This document shows positions 62,095 to 64,000 of a DNA stretch of 64,000 nt, piece after piece; positions within the stretch are counted from its first letter, which is position 1; each line of letters starts with the position of its first letter. Position numbers and translations under genes: made by a program. The stretch lies in the NCBI GenBank assembly GCA_963667175.2, contig CAXXXF010000002.1:160001-224000 (forward strand), read 5' to 3'. The stretch is from Candidatus Latescibacterota bacterium. GTDB taxonomy: Bacteria; Latescibacterota; UBA2968; GCA-2709665. The notes under the pieces are model-generated. The model was not told the origin of the DNA. It saw nothing but the letters and a program-made list of their open reading frames with translations, and ran no database searches.

Positions 62095-63696
62095 TTGCGG
62101 GACCACGGTTCCATCGGATGGACCTTCGCAGGATGTCTGGTGTTCGGGTTCGTCGCCGTTCTTCTTGCCTGGATCTCTTCGGGTGTGTCATTGCTCGACG
62201 ACGACTGGGGGCACCTCCGTCTGGGTGCGGAGGGAATTCGATCTGCTCTAACGACGAGTTGGACCGGGCTGGCGGGCGCCGGGGGCTACTATCGTCCGGT
62301 TGTCACCCTGACGTTTTACGTCACCTATCTGTTCGTGGCATATGAACCTCTGCTTTATCATATCGGCAACGTCCTGCTTCACTGTCTCTGCGGTATGCTG
62401 GTCTATCTGCTGGCGCGGCAGTTGCTGAACCGGGCGATGGGCGCCTGGACGGCATGCCTTCTCTTTCTTGTGCTGCCCATCCACACGGACACCATCTTCT
62501 GGATCGTGGGCCGGACGGACTCCGTCTGTGCGACGTTCTATCTGTCCGCGCTGCTCTTGTTCCTGGCGTACCAGCGCAGTCCGTCTCCGGGAATGCTGGC
62601 GGCCGCAAGCCTGTGCGCCCTGCTTGCGCTGTTTTCGAAGGAGATGGCGCTGGCGCTGCCTGGCGTGCTTTTCATCCTCTTCATTTATTGCGGGACGTTT
62701 CGGACAGCGGCGGCCTGGCGTGCCCTGGCGTGCAGTGTCGGGACTGTCGGCATTTATCTGTGCGCCCGCCGGATCGTGCTGGGCGGGGTATTCAAGGGGA
62801 TACCGGATCGGGATCTGACGGCGGTGGGGATCGGACTGGACGTTCTCAAATCCGGGGCGAAGCTGGGAATGACGGATGAACCGTTCGTCGGTGTCGTTCT
62901 GCTGGCCGCGACCGGGGGCGTCTTCTGTTTATCGGGCCGCCCGCGGGAGGTGTTGAGGGACACGATGGTACTGGGTGGAATGACCGTGATCAGCCTGGTT
63001 CCCGTTCTGGGACGGGTACACCGCTGGTACCTTTATCTGCCTTCCGTTTTTTTCTGCATTGCGGTTGCGAACGTCTGGTCCGCCTGGCGGCCGAAACGCA
63101 CGCTGGTCGCGTGGTGCAGAAACCTCCTGATGGCAACGGTGTTCAGCTATTATGGCGTGGTGCTTGCGCGTGAGGGGTTTTTCTGGCGGGAGGCTTCGGC
63201 CCTGAGTGAAAACGTTCTGGATTCGTTGGCGCGGCTCTCGAGAGAGAGCGGCGGAACGCTCTATGTTTTCAACGTGCCCTCCGCGCTTAGCCGGCCGGGC
63301 AGTCTGGGAGACATACCGTTGTACGCTTTCGGGCTGAGCAATGCCCTGGCGGTGCGCGCGGGGGAGGCGTCATCGGCAGTCGCCGTCAATCATTGCTGGC
63401 TTACCGATCCCGTCGGATTCACGAGCGACGTAGAGCGGCTGGGTCCGACGCGCTGGCGGATTGAAATCAGAAGTGGCGGACATCTGTCCGTACACGGGCA
63501 GAAGGATGCCAGGTCGTTCTACGGGGCAGACGGCAAGCGGTTGCGTCCGGGGGCCGCGGCGAGGACGTGGGGGGAAGTCCGGTTTCACGGCCCCTCACAG
63601 GCCGAGGTCGTACTCGAACCCTCGCGCGCAAGCCGCGTGGCTGTCTTCGACGGGACCGGAATCCGGGAGTTGAAGCCAAGAATCGAGCGAAGGTAA
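62095..63696 (+). CDS. GT-C membrane glycosyltransferase-like protein (TMTC-like N-terminus, no TPR)
   Basis: LLDDD, YYRPV, YH..NV.LH, PIHTD...WI.GRTD, LFSKE, RWYLYLPS; start uncertain. Confidence 0.75.
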   Translation: MRDHGSIGWTFAGCLVFGFVAVLLAWISSGVSLLDDDWGHLRLGAEGIRSALTTSWTGLAGAGGYYRPVVTLTFYVTYLFVAYEPLLYHIGNVLLHCLCGMLVYLLARQLLNRAMGAWTACLLFLVLPIHTDTIFWIVGRTDSVCATFYLSALLLFLAYQRSPSPGMLAAASLCALLALFSKEMALALPGVLFILFIYCGTFRTAAAWRALACSVGTVGIYLCARRIVLGGVFKGIPDRDLTAVGIGLDVLKSGAKLGMTDEPFVGVVLLAATGGVFCLSGRPREVLRDTMVLGGMTVISLVPVLGRVHRWYLYLPSVFFCIAVANVWSAWRPKRTLVAWCRNLLMATVFSYYGVVLAREGFFWREASALSENVLDSLARLSRESGGTLYVFNVPSALSRPGSLGDIPLYAFGLSNALAVRAGEASSAVAVNHCWLTDPVGFTSDVERLGPTRWRIEIRSGGHLSVHGQKDARSFYGADGKRLRPGAAARTWGEVRFHGPSQAEVVLEPSRASRVAVFDGTGIRELKPRIERR

Positions 63697-63701
63697 GGGG
63701 T

Positions 63702-64000
63702 ATGGCTGCGCGTTTCCTTACAACCTGTGCGGTTTTCTCACTGACGTTGATGATTTCTGACGCGGCGCCCGAGGCGTACAGCGGCCAGCCCCGACTCGCG
63801 TGGGCGGGTGAAGACGAGGTTGAGATCGAGGTCGATGGATCCGACTACCGGCTTCGTGAGGTTCGTCTTGAAGGCACGGCCTACACCCGGGTTCAGTTAC
63901 CCGGCGGCATGTGGCTGCCCGAACCCGGGCGTCCGGCGGTGCCCGTGCGGGGAACGCTTCTGGGGGTGCCGTATGGAACGCGGGTCGTGGCGACGGTCGT
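63702..64000 (+). CDS. Secreted protein with C25 (gingipain-like) propeptide domain, truncated by the window edge
   Basis: ATG 63702 after AAGGGG; MAARFLTTCAVFSLTLMIS signal; YTRVQLPG....EPGRPAVPV...LLGVP; not in the ORF track because it has no stop. Confidence 0.7.
   Translation, partial: MAARFLTTCAVFSLTLMISDAAPEAYSGQPRLAWAGEDEVEIEVDGSDYRLREVRLEGTAYTRVQLPGGMWLPEPGRPAVPVRGTLLGVPYGTRVVATV

Noticed and set aside
1001-63679. Numerous long antisense or alternative-frame ORFs (e.g. 1001-2617, 21053-22732, 47126-48823, 53542-54798)
   Set aside because: Arg/Pro/Gly-rich shadow ORFs typical of high-GC DNA, overlapping well-supported genes, with no motifs or RBS.

Overview
GC-rich bacterial window. 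Gene content (DUF6785-like membrane protein, short RpoD lacking region 1.1, C25 propeptide, many Gfo/DegT genes) suggests an FCB-group lineage such as Latescibacterota/Gemmatimonadota; this is inference only. Layout: (1) 0.7-23 kb accessory catabolic/amino-sugar region with a tandem pair of homocysteine S-methyltransferase-fold genes (one lacking its Zn ligands), Gfo/Idh/MocA and DegT enzymes, a nucleotidyltransferase-like orphan, deacetylase-like proteins, an AAA+/PD-(D/E)XK gene bracketed by MntA/HepT toxin-antitoxin relics, amidohydrolase, AraD1/FAH and heparinase II/III. (2) 23-35 kb housekeeping/envelope genes (PpiD, M23 peptidase, rhomboid, DUF2723, RpoD, DegP); several carry frameshifts that look like sequencing errors. 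(3) 35-44.7 kb bacterial microcompartment locus of class II aldolase (PVM-like) type with PduL, AldDH, AckA, 3 BMC-P, 2 BMC-H, plus an embedded GT-C glycosyltransferase and a secreted beta-propeller. (4) 45-64 kb SxtI/J/K-like O-carbamoylation cassette followed by a Wzi/Wzy/Wzx capsule locus with a sulfotransferase. Two families of miniature inverted-repeat elements occur; one carries nested CCTGCCTG..CAGGCAGG hairpins and one copy interrupts an mntA gene at a TA target. No rRNA, tRNA or CRISPR array was seen. Family assignments are from motif recognition, not database searches.
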